Shown here: positions 34,363-42,548 of the stretch, piece after piece
Layout: each line of letters begins with the position of its first letter
Position numbering within the stretch: the stretch's first letter is position 1
From: a virus
Length of the DNA: 64,000 nt
IMG/VR virus record: IMGVR_UViG_3300049460_000150
Coordinates: 15,113 to 79,112 of that record
Direction: 5' to 3' (one strand)
Position numbers and translations under genes: made by a program
The notes under the pieces: generated by a model
The model's input: only the letters and a program-made list of their open reading frames with translations
Told to the model about the DNA's origin: nothing
The model's database searches: none

Positions 34363-34425
34363 AATAGCGGTCCTGGGAGGGCTACCCCGCCCTCCCTCGT
34401 GACCAAGTGCTAAGGCATATCCTCT

Positions 34426-34812
34426 ATGGATAATACGCAACGCGATTTTCTAATTGCCGTTCAATTCATGGACGGCACGCCCGTCCCGAAATTAGCACAA
34501 GACCACAGCCTTTCTGTACCCGCGATTAACCGCATCCTAGCAGCACAAAATGTCGATAGGTCACAGCGTCGAAGAGTCATCATAGAAGACAAGGTAGTTG
34601 ATGACCACCACGACAAGATAGGAAAGCGGCTTTATCACTACCGCGCATTCGTCGCGTACGAAGAAAGGCTTGCGGCCTCCAAGACACTGGGCTGGTCAGC
34701 GAAAAAACTGGCGATGATTGAGCAGGGGCATACTGTCTTGTCTCTAATCGATTTGAGGACCATCGCCAGCTATATGAAACAGTCCCTTAGCCAATTACTC
34801 GAAGACCTATGA
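34426..34812 (+). CDS. helix-turn-helix DNA-binding protein (two HTH-like segments)
   Basis: LAQDHSLSVPAINRIL and XRE-like ASKTLGWSAKKLAMIEQG. Confidence 0.6.
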   Translation: MDNTQRDFLIAVQFMDGTPVPKLAQDHSLSVPAINRILAAQNVDRSQRRRVIIEDKVVDDHHDKIGKRLYHYRAFVAYEERLAASKTLGWSAKKLAMIEQGHTVLSLIDLRTIASYMKQSLSQLLEDL

Positions 34813-34976
34813 TTATTAACCGACTTCAACAGCACTGGACCATGTGCCGCTTGATTAATAGCGAGTTTGCTTCGCAAAGACAGAACGCCAAGTTATACTT
34901 CCAGGCACAAGCCGGTCTTGCCCGCACCGCCTTAGCGCGCAAAGCCGTGACCTACGCACAAAGAAGGATTGCATAA
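34809..34976 (+). CDS. 55-aa basic hypothetical protein (below the ORF-track cutoff)
   Basis: ATGA and TAATG coupling on both sides. Confidence 0.5.
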   Translation: MIINRLQQHWTMCRLINSEFASQRQNAKLYFQAQAGLARTALARKAVTYAQRRIA

Positions 34977-35668
34977 TGAGCGATGAACTGATCCCAGTCA
35001 CCCACTATGGTCTGCACACTACGCCGGACGGCGTGGCCTATTTGCACCAGGGGCGTAAGGCGAGCAACTTCATTTCCATGAGGCAGCTTTCGCCGTACGA
35101 GGTCACGACCAAGCGCAAGCGCCTGTGTCCGCACCTGATTAACCCCGCCTCCACGGTGCCAGACCGCGCCCACTGGGAGCTGTTCTTGCGCTTGTTTGAC
35201 GACCCGCTGGTGCAGGCACTCATGCCCATCCCAAAGGACCGCAACAGTCTGGTCCCTTACATCAACGACCCGAACGGGGAATTGATGATGGATTTGGTCA
35301 TGCTTTCCCGCATGGGAAGCCCAGTGTTTCCTGTCGTGATGCCGATCAACAAATTGCCGAAGGCAACCATCCTGGAAGAACTGTCGTTGACCAACGTACT
35401 CCCGCTGGTCTTGACCGGCGTGGAAACTGCCGATCAAAGACTGGTCAATGAGCTGGCCGTGGAGTCCCGCACTCTGCCGCGCAAACTTGTGTTTGCCGGT
35501 AACGAGTTTGTGGTGATCCGCAACCCGCTGATCCGCATCGCCACGGAGCTGTGGCATTTCGACCGGGTGGAGCTGCAAAGCTTGAACATGGAAACCATCG
35601 GTGCCGCCATCATCCGGCGCTACGCTCGCGGTGAGCGCATCGATACAGAATTTGTGCGTGACAAATGA
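34976..35668 (+). CDS. hypothetical protein
   Basis: 230 aa, AAGGA RBS. Confidence 0.65.
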   Translation: MSDELIPVTHYGLHTTPDGVAYLHQGRKASNFISMRQLSPYEVTTKRKRLCPHLINPASTVPDRAHWELFLRLFDDPLVQALMPIPKDRNSLVPYINDPNGELMMDLVMLSRMGSPVFPVVMPINKLPKATILEELSLTNVLPLVLTGVETADQRLVNELAVESRTLPRKLVFAGNEFVVIRNPLIRIATELWHFDRVELQSLNMETIGAAIIRRYARGERIDTEFVRDK

Positions 35669-35687
35669 TTCCCATAAATGAGAGGAA

Positions 35688-35993
35688 ATGATGAAGACAA
35701 TTGAGATGAAAATGTTGCAGGACGCGAAGGCCAGCAACGGTGGCGGCGTGCGTGATCGCAAGTACGGCCTGGACGTGGTGAATACTTTGCTGCGCAAAGG
35801 ATACATCGCGGCCAAGAAAGGCCACGGCTTTAACCTGGACGGCTCGCGCCTGATGGTTATCACGGCGGCGGGCCGTGAGTTCCTGGACCGCGAACGCAAC
35901 GTACCTGAGCTGATCGAGGAAGAGGGCCAGCGGGTTGGCTTTGCCGCCTCGACCATCCACCTGGACGGCGGCGAAGCCCCACCCTGGGAGTAA
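35688..35993 (+). CDS. hypothetical winged-helix-like protein
   Basis: LLRKGYI...ITAAGREFL pattern. Confidence 0.55.
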   Translation: MMKTIEMKMLQDAKASNGGGVRDRKYGLDVVNTLLRKGYIAAKKGHGFNLDGSRLMVITAAGREFLDRERNVPELIEEEGQRVGFAASTIHLDGGEAPPWE

Positions 35994-35997
35994 AACC

Positions 35998-36267
35998 ATG
36001 ACACTTCGATGGTTTGACGTTCACTCCCCAGTTTCACGGTATGGCGTAGGAAAAATCGAAGTGTCAGACGACACAATAACCAAGACCAGCCCAGCTTATC
36101 GCTGGGCTTTGTCTAGGCACTTCGAAACTACGCGCCGCGTCTGGGAACGTGACGGCTTCGAACTGGTGGAGCGTTTCGAGTGCAACTGCAAGGGCTTTAA
36201 CAAGCCCGCTCGCAAGCATCCTCCCATCCCAAACGATTCAGAACTTTATCATAGGATATCTCCATGA
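35998..36267 (+). CDS. hypothetical protein
   Basis: GGGAG RBS. Confidence 0.5.
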   Translation: MTLRWFDVHSPVSRYGVGKIEVSDDTITKTSPAYRWALSRHFETTRRVWERDGFELVERFECNCKGFNKPARKHPPIPNDSELYHRISP

Positions 36268-37688
36268 CATGGACCGCCCGCGAGGACCAAGTGCAAGACC
36301 TCGCACACTTCATCAACAATCCGCGTGACTTGATGCTGCATGATCCAGGCGTCGGCAAGACCATTGTTGCGGCCTTGTATTCGTACTACGCCTGGGCGCA
36401 CAAGAAGTCCCGTATTAGCTGGGTTCAACCCATCTCGCTCGTTAACAAGAACCGCGAAGAGATTTTGAAGTTTACGAACTTTGACGAAAAAGATGTGGTC
36501 TGCGTGCAAGGCACTGTCGTCAAGCGCGAGAATATAATGAAGTCAGACGCCAAGGTCTTTTTGTTCGGTGGTGATGGCTACGCCGCCGAGTGGGAAAAGC
36601 TACACAGCTTTCACCCGGACCTCGGCGTCAATATCTGCGATGAGCCGCACCTGTATTTCAGCGGCCATAAGTCGAAGCGCACCCAGTCCTGGTATCGCTC
36701 CAGTCGTACCATGTGGTCTGTCATCCCCATGACTGGCACAATCGTGAAGGGTAAACTTGACTCGATCTACCCTTTCCTTCATGCGTCGTTCCCAGACTAT
36801 TACGGGACCTATGAGAACTTCATGGCGATGCACGCCGAAACAGACGAGTATGGCAAGCTGATCTACTGGAAGAACCACGACCGGCTGCGCACGATCTTGG
36901 AGCGGCATAGCATCTGCCGTTCCTTCGAGTCGATCTACGGCGAAGACGCCACGCTCATTATCACCGAGACCGTGGAGATGGAGAAGGTGCAGCGCGAGAA
37001 GTACGAGGAACTGGAGGCTTTCGCGCTGGTGGAGCTGGAGGATTCCTTCATCGAAGCTGGCACTCCAGGCATCAAGGCTATTCGCGCCAGACAGATCATG
37101 TCCTGCCCCGAACACCTGGGCGTGGTTCCAATCGGCACCGTCACCGGCAAAGATGAACGCCTGCTGTTGCATATTCAGGAGGCCATCGCGTCGAACGAAC
37201 GGCTCACGATTTTCGCCGCACTGGTGCCGGAGCAAGAGCGCATCGTTGCCATGCTCAAGAAGCTGGGCAAGACGGTGGGGCTTATTAACGGGAACACGCC
37301 GTTGAAACATCGCCAGACCTTCGATGAAGAGTTCCGCGCTGGCCGTCTGCAATTCGTGGTGGGTTCTCCCGCGTGCATGTCGGTGGGCTTTAACTGGGGC
37401 TTTCTGCGCAAGGTCGTGTTCACATCGCTTGACTACATGGACGACAACTTTGTCCAGGCGTACAAGCGAGGCGTGCGCGGCGTGCGCGAACACCCGCTGC
37501 TGGTCTACGTCCTTGAGTATAAAAACTCGATTGACCAGCGCATTTTCAGGATCGTGGAAGGCAAGTCGAAAGACGCGCAAAAGATCACTCCGCACAAGCG
37601 GATACTCAACTTCAAAGGCCACGCCATCCGTGACCTGGAAGAGAAGGCCCGAATGGGCAACTTAACTATGGAAGGATTTATATCGTGA
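36264..37688 (+). CDS. SF2 (SNF2-like) helicase
   Basis: HDPGVGKT, ICDEPH, MTGT, SVGFN, QAYKRGVR motifs. Confidence 0.85.
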   Translation: MTWTAREDQVQDLAHFINNPRDLMLHDPGVGKTIVAALYSYYAWAHKKSRISWVQPISLVNKNREEILKFTNFDEKDVVCVQGTVVKRENIMKSDAKVFLFGGDGYAAEWEKLHSFHPDLGVNICDEPHLYFSGHKSKRTQSWYRSSRTMWSVIPMTGTIVKGKLDSIYPFLHASFPDYYGTYENFMAMHAETDEYGKLIYWKNHDRLRTILERHSICRSFESIYGEDATLIITETVEMEKVQREKYEELEAFALVELEDSFIEAGTPGIKAIRARQIMSCPEHLGVVPIGTVTGKDERLLLHIQEAIASNERLTIFAALVPEQERIVAMLKKLGKTVGLINGNTPLKHRQTFDEEFRAGRLQFVVGSPACMSVGFNWGFLRKVVFTSLDYMDDNFVQAYKRGVRGVREHPLLVYVLEYKNSIDQRIFRIVEGKSKDAQKITPHKRILNFKGHAIRDLEEKARMGNLTMEGFIS

Positions 37689-37882
37689 AAGTAATCACCA
37701 CACCCGATCATGTAGCCCTGGACCGCGAGCAGATATCGAAGATCATCAGGGAATCGGTGGGGAAAGCCACCGGGCGCGTGCCGAAGGTATGCTCGATCAA
37801 CTGGGACGACGGCTCGGCCACGGTGACGCTGGAGCCTGTGCCGACTCCGACCACAATACCAAACAGGCCCGACCCTGATTGA
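37685..37882 (+). CDS. small hypothetical protein
   Basis: GTGA coupling, AAGGA RBS. Confidence 0.5.
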   Translation: MKVITTPDHVALDREQISKIIRESVGKATGRVPKVCSINWDDGSATVTLEPVPTPTTIPNRPDPD

Positions 37883-37907
37883 CAGTCCGGCAGCGCGCCT
37901 ATATAGT
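37879..37907 (+). promoter_or_regulatory. sigma70-like promoter
   Basis: TTGACA-17 nt-TATAGT. Confidence 0.7.
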
Positions 37908-37940
37908 GGGTGTGTTGTCCCTATAAACCTGAAGGAGAAG

Positions 37941-38267
37941 TTGATGAATAAGTCCTCGTTTGTTCGCCTTGCTTTCGCACTGCTGTGCGGCCTGTCCCTC
38001 GGCGCTCCCGCCGTCGCGGTCGAAACCGCACCCGGTCCCACCTACCAAGCCCAGTCGGTCGTGGTCAAGCGCGATGTCGCCCAGGTGGTCGAGGCCGCTG
38101 CACAGGCTCCGGTCAAGGCCCAGCTCGCGGCCATGGCGGTGCGCTGGGACCTGATGAAGCCTTACCCCGTCCGCTACGCCGTGGCCCGCCAGCGCCCCGC
38201 CAGCGCGGTCAGCGAGCCGAAAAGCCACAGCGCGGAACAGCCGCGAGCGCCGCCGAAGTTGACCTAG
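37941..38267 (+). CDS. exported protein with signal peptide
   Basis: MNKSSFVRLAFALLCGLSLGAPAVA signal; own promoter and terminator. Confidence 0.65.
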   Translation: MMNKSSFVRLAFALLCGLSLGAPAVAVETAPGPTYQAQSVVVKRDVAQVVEAAAQAPVKAQLAAMAVRWDLMKPYPVRYAVARQRPASAVSEPKSHSAEQPRAPPKLT

Positions 38268-38288
38268 ACCATTCAGCATGTTATAAAT

Positions 38289-38314
38289 AAAGCCCCGATC
38301 TTCGGGGCTTTTTT
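38289..38314 (+). terminator. intrinsic terminator
   Basis: AAAGCCCCGA-TCT-TCGGGGCTTTTTT. Confidence 0.85.
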
Positions 38315-38329
38315 ATTGGAGAAAATAAA

Positions 38330-38935
38330 ATGAAAATGTCCGCAATCTATGACGGCCTTTTGAACGGCTCTCTTGTCCCTCGCTATCATTCTGGCGTCGG
38401 CATGATCCAGATGTATCTGAATGAGCAGTACCGCATCCACGTCTGGCACCCAGAACTACGCGCCAAGACGGAAGCGTTTGGCAACCGTCATTCGCACCGT
38501 TTCGACCTGACCTCAACGGTCCTGCTTGGCAACGTGTTCGATACCGCGCTGCGCCTGGAGCCTAACTTCTTCAACGGCAGGTTCGAAACCTTTGACGTTG
38601 TTCCAGCACACAAGGGTGTGATAACCAGACCGACTCCGAACGACGCCATGTTCGATCTGATCGTTACTGGCATTCGCCACTACCGCACCGGGGAAACTTA
38701 CGCGATAAAGAAGTTTGATTATCACGAGACAAAGACCGAAGGTTTGACCGTCACGTTGCTGCGCAAAGACAACCAGGAAGAGACTCATGCCAGGATCATC
38801 GGCTTCGCTGGTCAGCGCCCCATCCACGCCATGGCGAATCCGCCCGAACAAACGCTGCTGAATCAGCTCATGTTTTCCGCGCTTCGAAAGCTGTCGCCGG
38901 AAGCTGTGCAAACCATTGAACAACAAACGGAGTAA
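38330..38935 (+). CDS. cupin-like metal-binding protein
   Basis: HVWHP, HSHRFDLTSTVLLG and a later YHET motif. Confidence 0.5.
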   Translation: MKMSAIYDGLLNGSLVPRYHSGVGMIQMYLNEQYRIHVWHPELRAKTEAFGNRHSHRFDLTSTVLLGNVFDTALRLEPNFFNGRFETFDVVPAHKGVITRPTPNDAMFDLIVTGIRHYRTGETYAIKKFDYHETKTEGLTVTLLRKDNQEETHARIIGFAGQRPIHAMANPPEQTLLNQLMFSALRKLSPEAVQTIEQQTE

Positions 38936-38938
38936 GCC

Positions 38939-39250
38939 ATGCATCTGCAAACCTACAAGAGCGGCCACAAGGGGGTCCATGCTCTCAAAATCGAACTCGA
39001 TACCCGCCCACCTATTGTGCATCTGTGCATGGTACAAGTCGGCGATACTTTCTTGCGTGAAGGCGCGGTGTGTATGCGTGTCAAAGACGACTGCATAAAC
39101 GGGGCCGTAAAAGATGAAGTCCGCCACGAAGGAAAAATCGTCATCATCAACCTGCAAACTGGCAATGTATGGCCCGCTTCGGGCCAAGATGAAGTCTTCA
39201 TGATTGACGCGAAACTCGTCATCACCAAAGTCTACAAACAGGAGGTGTAG
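38939..39250 (+). CDS. hypothetical protein
   Basis: GGAG RBS. Confidence 0.6.
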   Translation: MHLQTYKSGHKGVHALKIELDTRPPIVHLCMVQVGDTFLREGAVCMRVKDDCINGAVKDEVRHEGKIVIINLQTGNVWPASGQDEVFMIDAKLVITKVYKQEV

Positions 39251-39254
39251 AACC

Positions 39255-40145
39255 ATGGCGAAACAAGAATACAAAGATGTGAACTTCAAAACGGAGACGT
39301 ACAAGCTCATTGTCCGCATCAACAAAATCATTGAAGACTACATGGAGCAGGGCTATACGGTGACCGTGCGGCAGTTGTACTACCGACTGGTGGCTAAAGC
39401 GGAGATCGAAAACACCGAGAAAAGCTACAAACGAATCACCGGCATTGTTAATGATGCGCGCATTGCTGGTTTGATCGATTGGGACGCCATCGAAGACCGC
39501 ACCCGTTCCTTCATCCGCCGCTCCCGCTGGGAGAACGGAAAACAAGTACTGGAGGGCTGCGCCTCCCAGTTCCACATGGATATGTGGAAAGGCCAGGAGG
39601 ATCGCGTCTTCTGTCTAGTGGAAAAGGAAGCGCTGGTGGGCGTGCTGGAGCGCGTGTGCAACACATTCGATATACCGCTCCTGGCCGCTCGCGGATATCC
39701 ATCGGGAACTGTGCTGCGGGAGTTTGCGCAATCTGACATCATCCCGCACGCGGAAGACGGCCAGAACATCATCATCCTGCACCTGGGAGACCATGACCCC
39801 TCCGGCCTGGACATGACCCGCGACCTCGAAGAACGTATCAAGATGTTCTCTGAACACTGGGACGGCGACGTGACGTTGAAGCGCATCGCCTTGAACATGG
39901 ACCAGATTGCAGAACAAAAACCGCCGCCGAACCCGGCCAAACAGACGGACGCCCGCTTCAAGGCTTACGCTGACCAGTTCGGTGACGAATCGTGGGAGCT
40001 GGACGCACTCTCTCCCTCGTACCTGAATGACCTCGTGAGAGATCATGTCGAACGCCACATCGACCATGAGTTGTGGCACCAGCGGCAAAATCAAATCAAC
40101 GCGATCAAGTATCGCCTCAAGAAAGTAGCCGCTGAATTTGCATAA
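39255..40145 (+). CDS. TopoVI-A/Spo11-like TOPRIM protein
   Basis: TVRQLYYRL (CAP-domain Tyr), LVEKEAL, RGYPS, LHLGDHDPSG, ELDAL. Confidence 0.7.
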   Translation: MAKQEYKDVNFKTETYKLIVRINKIIEDYMEQGYTVTVRQLYYRLVAKAEIENTEKSYKRITGIVNDARIAGLIDWDAIEDRTRSFIRRSRWENGKQVLEGCASQFHMDMWKGQEDRVFCLVEKEALVGVLERVCNTFDIPLLAARGYPSGTVLREFAQSDIIPHAEDGQNIIILHLGDHDPSGLDMTRDLEERIKMFSEHWDGDVTLKRIALNMDQIAEQKPPPNPAKQTDARFKAYADQFGDESWELDALSPSYLNDLVRDHVERHIDHELWHQRQNQINAIKYRLKKVAAEFA

Positions 40146-40151
40146 ATGTTG

Positions 40152-40180
40152 TTGCAATAGCGATTGTGCTTCTATACAAT
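40152..40180 (+). promoter_or_regulatory. sigma70-like promoter with overlapping inverted repeat
   Basis: TTGCAA-17 nt-TACAAT; AGCGATTGT/ACAATCGCT inverted repeat at 40159-40184. Confidence 0.65.
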
Positions 40181-40241
40181 CGCTTCATCGGTTGAACATC
40201 ACCGATCTAATGAACCTTAACCTGACGAAAAGAGAAATAAC

Positions 40242-40970
40242 ATGACTACTATCGATCCCGTAGCAGCAGCCATCGCCGCCGCACAGCAAACCGCCGCTGC
40301 AACCCCTGCTGTACAACACAGCCAAGTCACCGACGTTGCCGTAGCCGGTAACACCGCTGTCGGCGCTGTCGCTCCGAAAGGCGCTCCGCTGTCGATGGAA
40401 ACCCTGATGATGGGTTCCATGTCCGTGGATGGCTGGCTGAAGCCGAAGGAATACGGTCTGGCTGTCGGCGACAATCCGGCCCTGTTCACTTCCGCGAAAG
40501 TGTACCTGGACATGACCGATGGCTCTGGCTTCATCTCGAAGATGGCGATCAAGGGCGGCAACCCGGCGCAATACGCCTACACGACCGATCTGGTCACGGC
40601 GATGGGTGGCGGCACCTGGGAAGCGGCGCAGGCCCGTATCCGCGCCCTGGACCCGAAAGCCAGCCCGTACCGCGCCGTTGATCTGCCGTTCACCGTGGCC
40701 GTCGATATCGTGGCCGTCCCGATGGGCGCACCCGCTGGCACGCCAGGAATCGTTCTGGCGAAGGCAGGCCAAAAGCTGGGCTATACCACCAGCACGACCA
40801 ATTGGGCGAACTGGGAGGCGTTCTACCGCGAGGTAGTGCAGGCCGGTCTGGTCGGCAAGAAGGTCGAGCTGACTATCGGCTCGCAGCGCCGCCAGAACAA
40901 GAACAACAACGTATGGGGCGTAATGACCTTTGCGTTGGTGGGCGAAGTCGTGGCCGAAGAAACCGAATAA
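40242..40970 (+). CDS. putative single-stranded DNA-binding protein
   Basis: replication context, strongly biased codons, aromatic beta segments, acidic C-terminus (EVVAEETE); inferred only. Confidence 0.45.
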   Translation: MTTIDPVAAAIAAAQQTAAATPAVQHSQVTDVAVAGNTAVGAVAPKGAPLSMETLMMGSMSVDGWLKPKEYGLAVGDNPALFTSAKVYLDMTDGSGFISKMAIKGGNPAQYAYTTDLVTAMGGGTWEAAQARIRALDPKASPYRAVDLPFTVAVDIVAVPMGAPAGTPGIVLAKAGQKLGYTTSTTNWANWEAFYREVVQAGLVGKKVELTIGSQRRQNKNNNVWGVMTFALVGEVVAEETE

Positions 40971-40997
40971 AATCGGTAAGAAAGTGGCCGCAAACAC

Positions 40998-41026
40998 TTG
41001 CGGCTACTTTCGAAGTGCTTTATAAT
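40998..41026 (+). promoter_or_regulatory. sigma70-like promoter
   Basis: TTGCGG-17 nt-TATAAT; -35 lies in the hairpin AAAGTGGCCGCAA/TTGCGGCTACTTT. Confidence 0.65.
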
Positions 41027-41085
41027 CTGTTCCATCAACACGTAGTTCAAACAACTCTCTCTTACAATTTTTAAAGGAAATTATC

Positions 41086-41343
41086 ATGCTGCTGAAAGTC
41101 ACCGTAAACGGCCAGGAATTCTTCGTTGACGCACCTAACAAGGGCACCGCTAAAGCCTTCGGCAAAAAGCAACTGAAGGTCGAAGTGACCGAACTGTCGC
41201 TGGCCGACCTGCAAGCCCTGGACGTGTCCACCGTGGTCAAGGTCGAGATCGAAGAAAAGAAAGAAGGCGCTGCCGCTGAAGCAACCGAAGCCAACACCGC
41301 GCCGGCCGCTACCGAGCAAGCCGCCGAAGCCGTGAACTACTAA
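41086..41343 (+). CDS. small protein with acidic tail, likely highly expressed
   Basis: AAGGA RBS, own promoter and terminator. Confidence 0.7.
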   Translation: MLLKVTVNGQEFFVDAPNKGTAKAFGKKQLKVEVTELSLADLQALDVSTVVKVEIEEKKEGAAAEATEANTAPAATEQAAEAVNY

Positions 41344-41361
41344 TCCCGGCCAGCCGTAGAG

Positions 41362-41386
41362 AAAGCCCGCCACGAGCGGGCTTTTT
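41362..41386 (+). terminator. intrinsic terminator
   Basis: AAAGCCCGC-CACGA-GCGGGCTTTTT. Confidence 0.85.
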
Positions 41387-41461
41387 CACGGGCAGTTTTA
41401 ATAGCTATGTGGTCTAGACCAACCACGAACACATAGCTCTTATCAACTGATAACACGTATT

Positions 41462-41482
41462 AAGCCCCACTTCGGGGCTTTT
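41462..41482 (+). terminator. second intrinsic terminator
   Basis: AAGCCCC-ACTTC-GGGGCTTTT. Confidence 0.75.
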
Positions 41483-41499
41483 CTTCCAGGTGCAAACCT

Positions 41500-42282
41500 A
41501 TGTCCATAATCAACCTAGTTGACTGCAATAACATTGTGCGGGTCCGCTTCGAAAAAGATGGCTATGCTTTACGCAATCTTTTCGAATGGGCTTTCCGCGA
41601 TCCAGAACCACACATCTTTGTCTTCGACGGAAAGAACGCAAAGGCATCACGCCGCGCCATCTTCCCCGGCTACAAAGTCGGGCGCACTCCGGCACCGGAT
41701 AACTTCTATCGTCAGCTTGAGATTTTTCAAGAGCTTCTGACGTACACCAACAAGGTGCAAATGAAGGTGCCACTCTTCGAGGCGGATGATGCAATCGCCT
41801 CCATGGTTTTCAACAATCCTACGGCCAAGTTCCGCGTCCATTCCAACGACGGCGACTTTGCACGTCTCATAAATGAGAACGTTGAGATGACCACGCCAAC
41901 GCTGAAGGACATTCCGGCCCACGAAATTCGCCTCTACAAAACGCTCAAGGGCGACGGCGCGGATAAGATACCAGGCGTTCGCCTTTACGGTCAAAAGTCC
42001 TGGGAGGGAATGACCCAGGCGCACAAGGACAATTGGTACAAGCTCCTGGCCCATTTGGAAACGCTAGACCCAGCGAGCGAAACGGCCAGCATTGCCACTG
42101 GTGGCCTCAACCTCACCGATGGGCAGCAAGCATGGCTGCTGGAAAACTGGCGTCTGGTACGATCCTTCTGGCTCGTAGTAGACTTCCTCAAAGTGCCAGC
42201 CGAAACCATGGCACAACACACGGTCGTCGGCACGCCACGTTACGCGCTTGGCGACTCACTTTTGAAGGAGCTGCTTCTGTGA
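41500..42282 (+). CDS. 5'-3' exonuclease / flap endonuclease
   Basis: LVDCNN, FVFDG, RRAIFPGYK, EADDAI, SNDGDF, LKGDGADKIPGV. Confidence 0.9.
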   Translation: MSIINLVDCNNIVRVRFEKDGYALRNLFEWAFRDPEPHIFVFDGKNAKASRRAIFPGYKVGRTPAPDNFYRQLEIFQELLTYTNKVQMKVPLFEADDAIASMVFNNPTAKFRVHSNDGDFARLINENVEMTTPTLKDIPAHEIRLYKTLKGDGADKIPGVRLYGQKSWEGMTQAHKDNWYKLLAHLETLDPASETASIATGGLNLTDGQQAWLLENWRLVRSFWLVVDFLKVPAETMAQHTVVGTPRYALGDSLLKELLL

Positions 42283-42548
42283 GCGATTACGAACTCCCAA
42301 GCATTCAGGAAGTCGCGCAACACTTGCGCGACAAACGCAAGGCGTATCAGCAACGGTATGGGTACGCCCCCAACTACGTTGTTTTTCGTGAGCGCTGGAA
42401 GATGGTGGACTGCACGAGTCTGCTTAACGGAACCAACGGGGTCCAACCAGTGGGCGTTATGCGTCTGCGCGACTTGACCATGTTCGATGGTCTGACGGTG
42501 CTGTTTTCTGATAAAATTTCGGAGTCCTTTGTGGGGATACTCGAATGA
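42279..42548 (+). CDS. hypothetical protein
   Basis: AAGGAG RBS, GTGA and ATGA coupling. Confidence 0.55.
   Translation: MSDYELPSIQEVAQHLRDKRKAYQQRYGYAPNYVVFRERWKMVDCTSLLNGTNGVQPVGVMRLRDLTMFDGLTVLFSDKISESFVGILE

Noticed and set aside
4608-37929. CCTATAAACC shared by two promoter regions (about 4608-4617 minus, 37920-37929 plus) as a late promoter
   Set aside because: Only two copies noticed, in different positions relative to the -10/-35 elements; could be chance.
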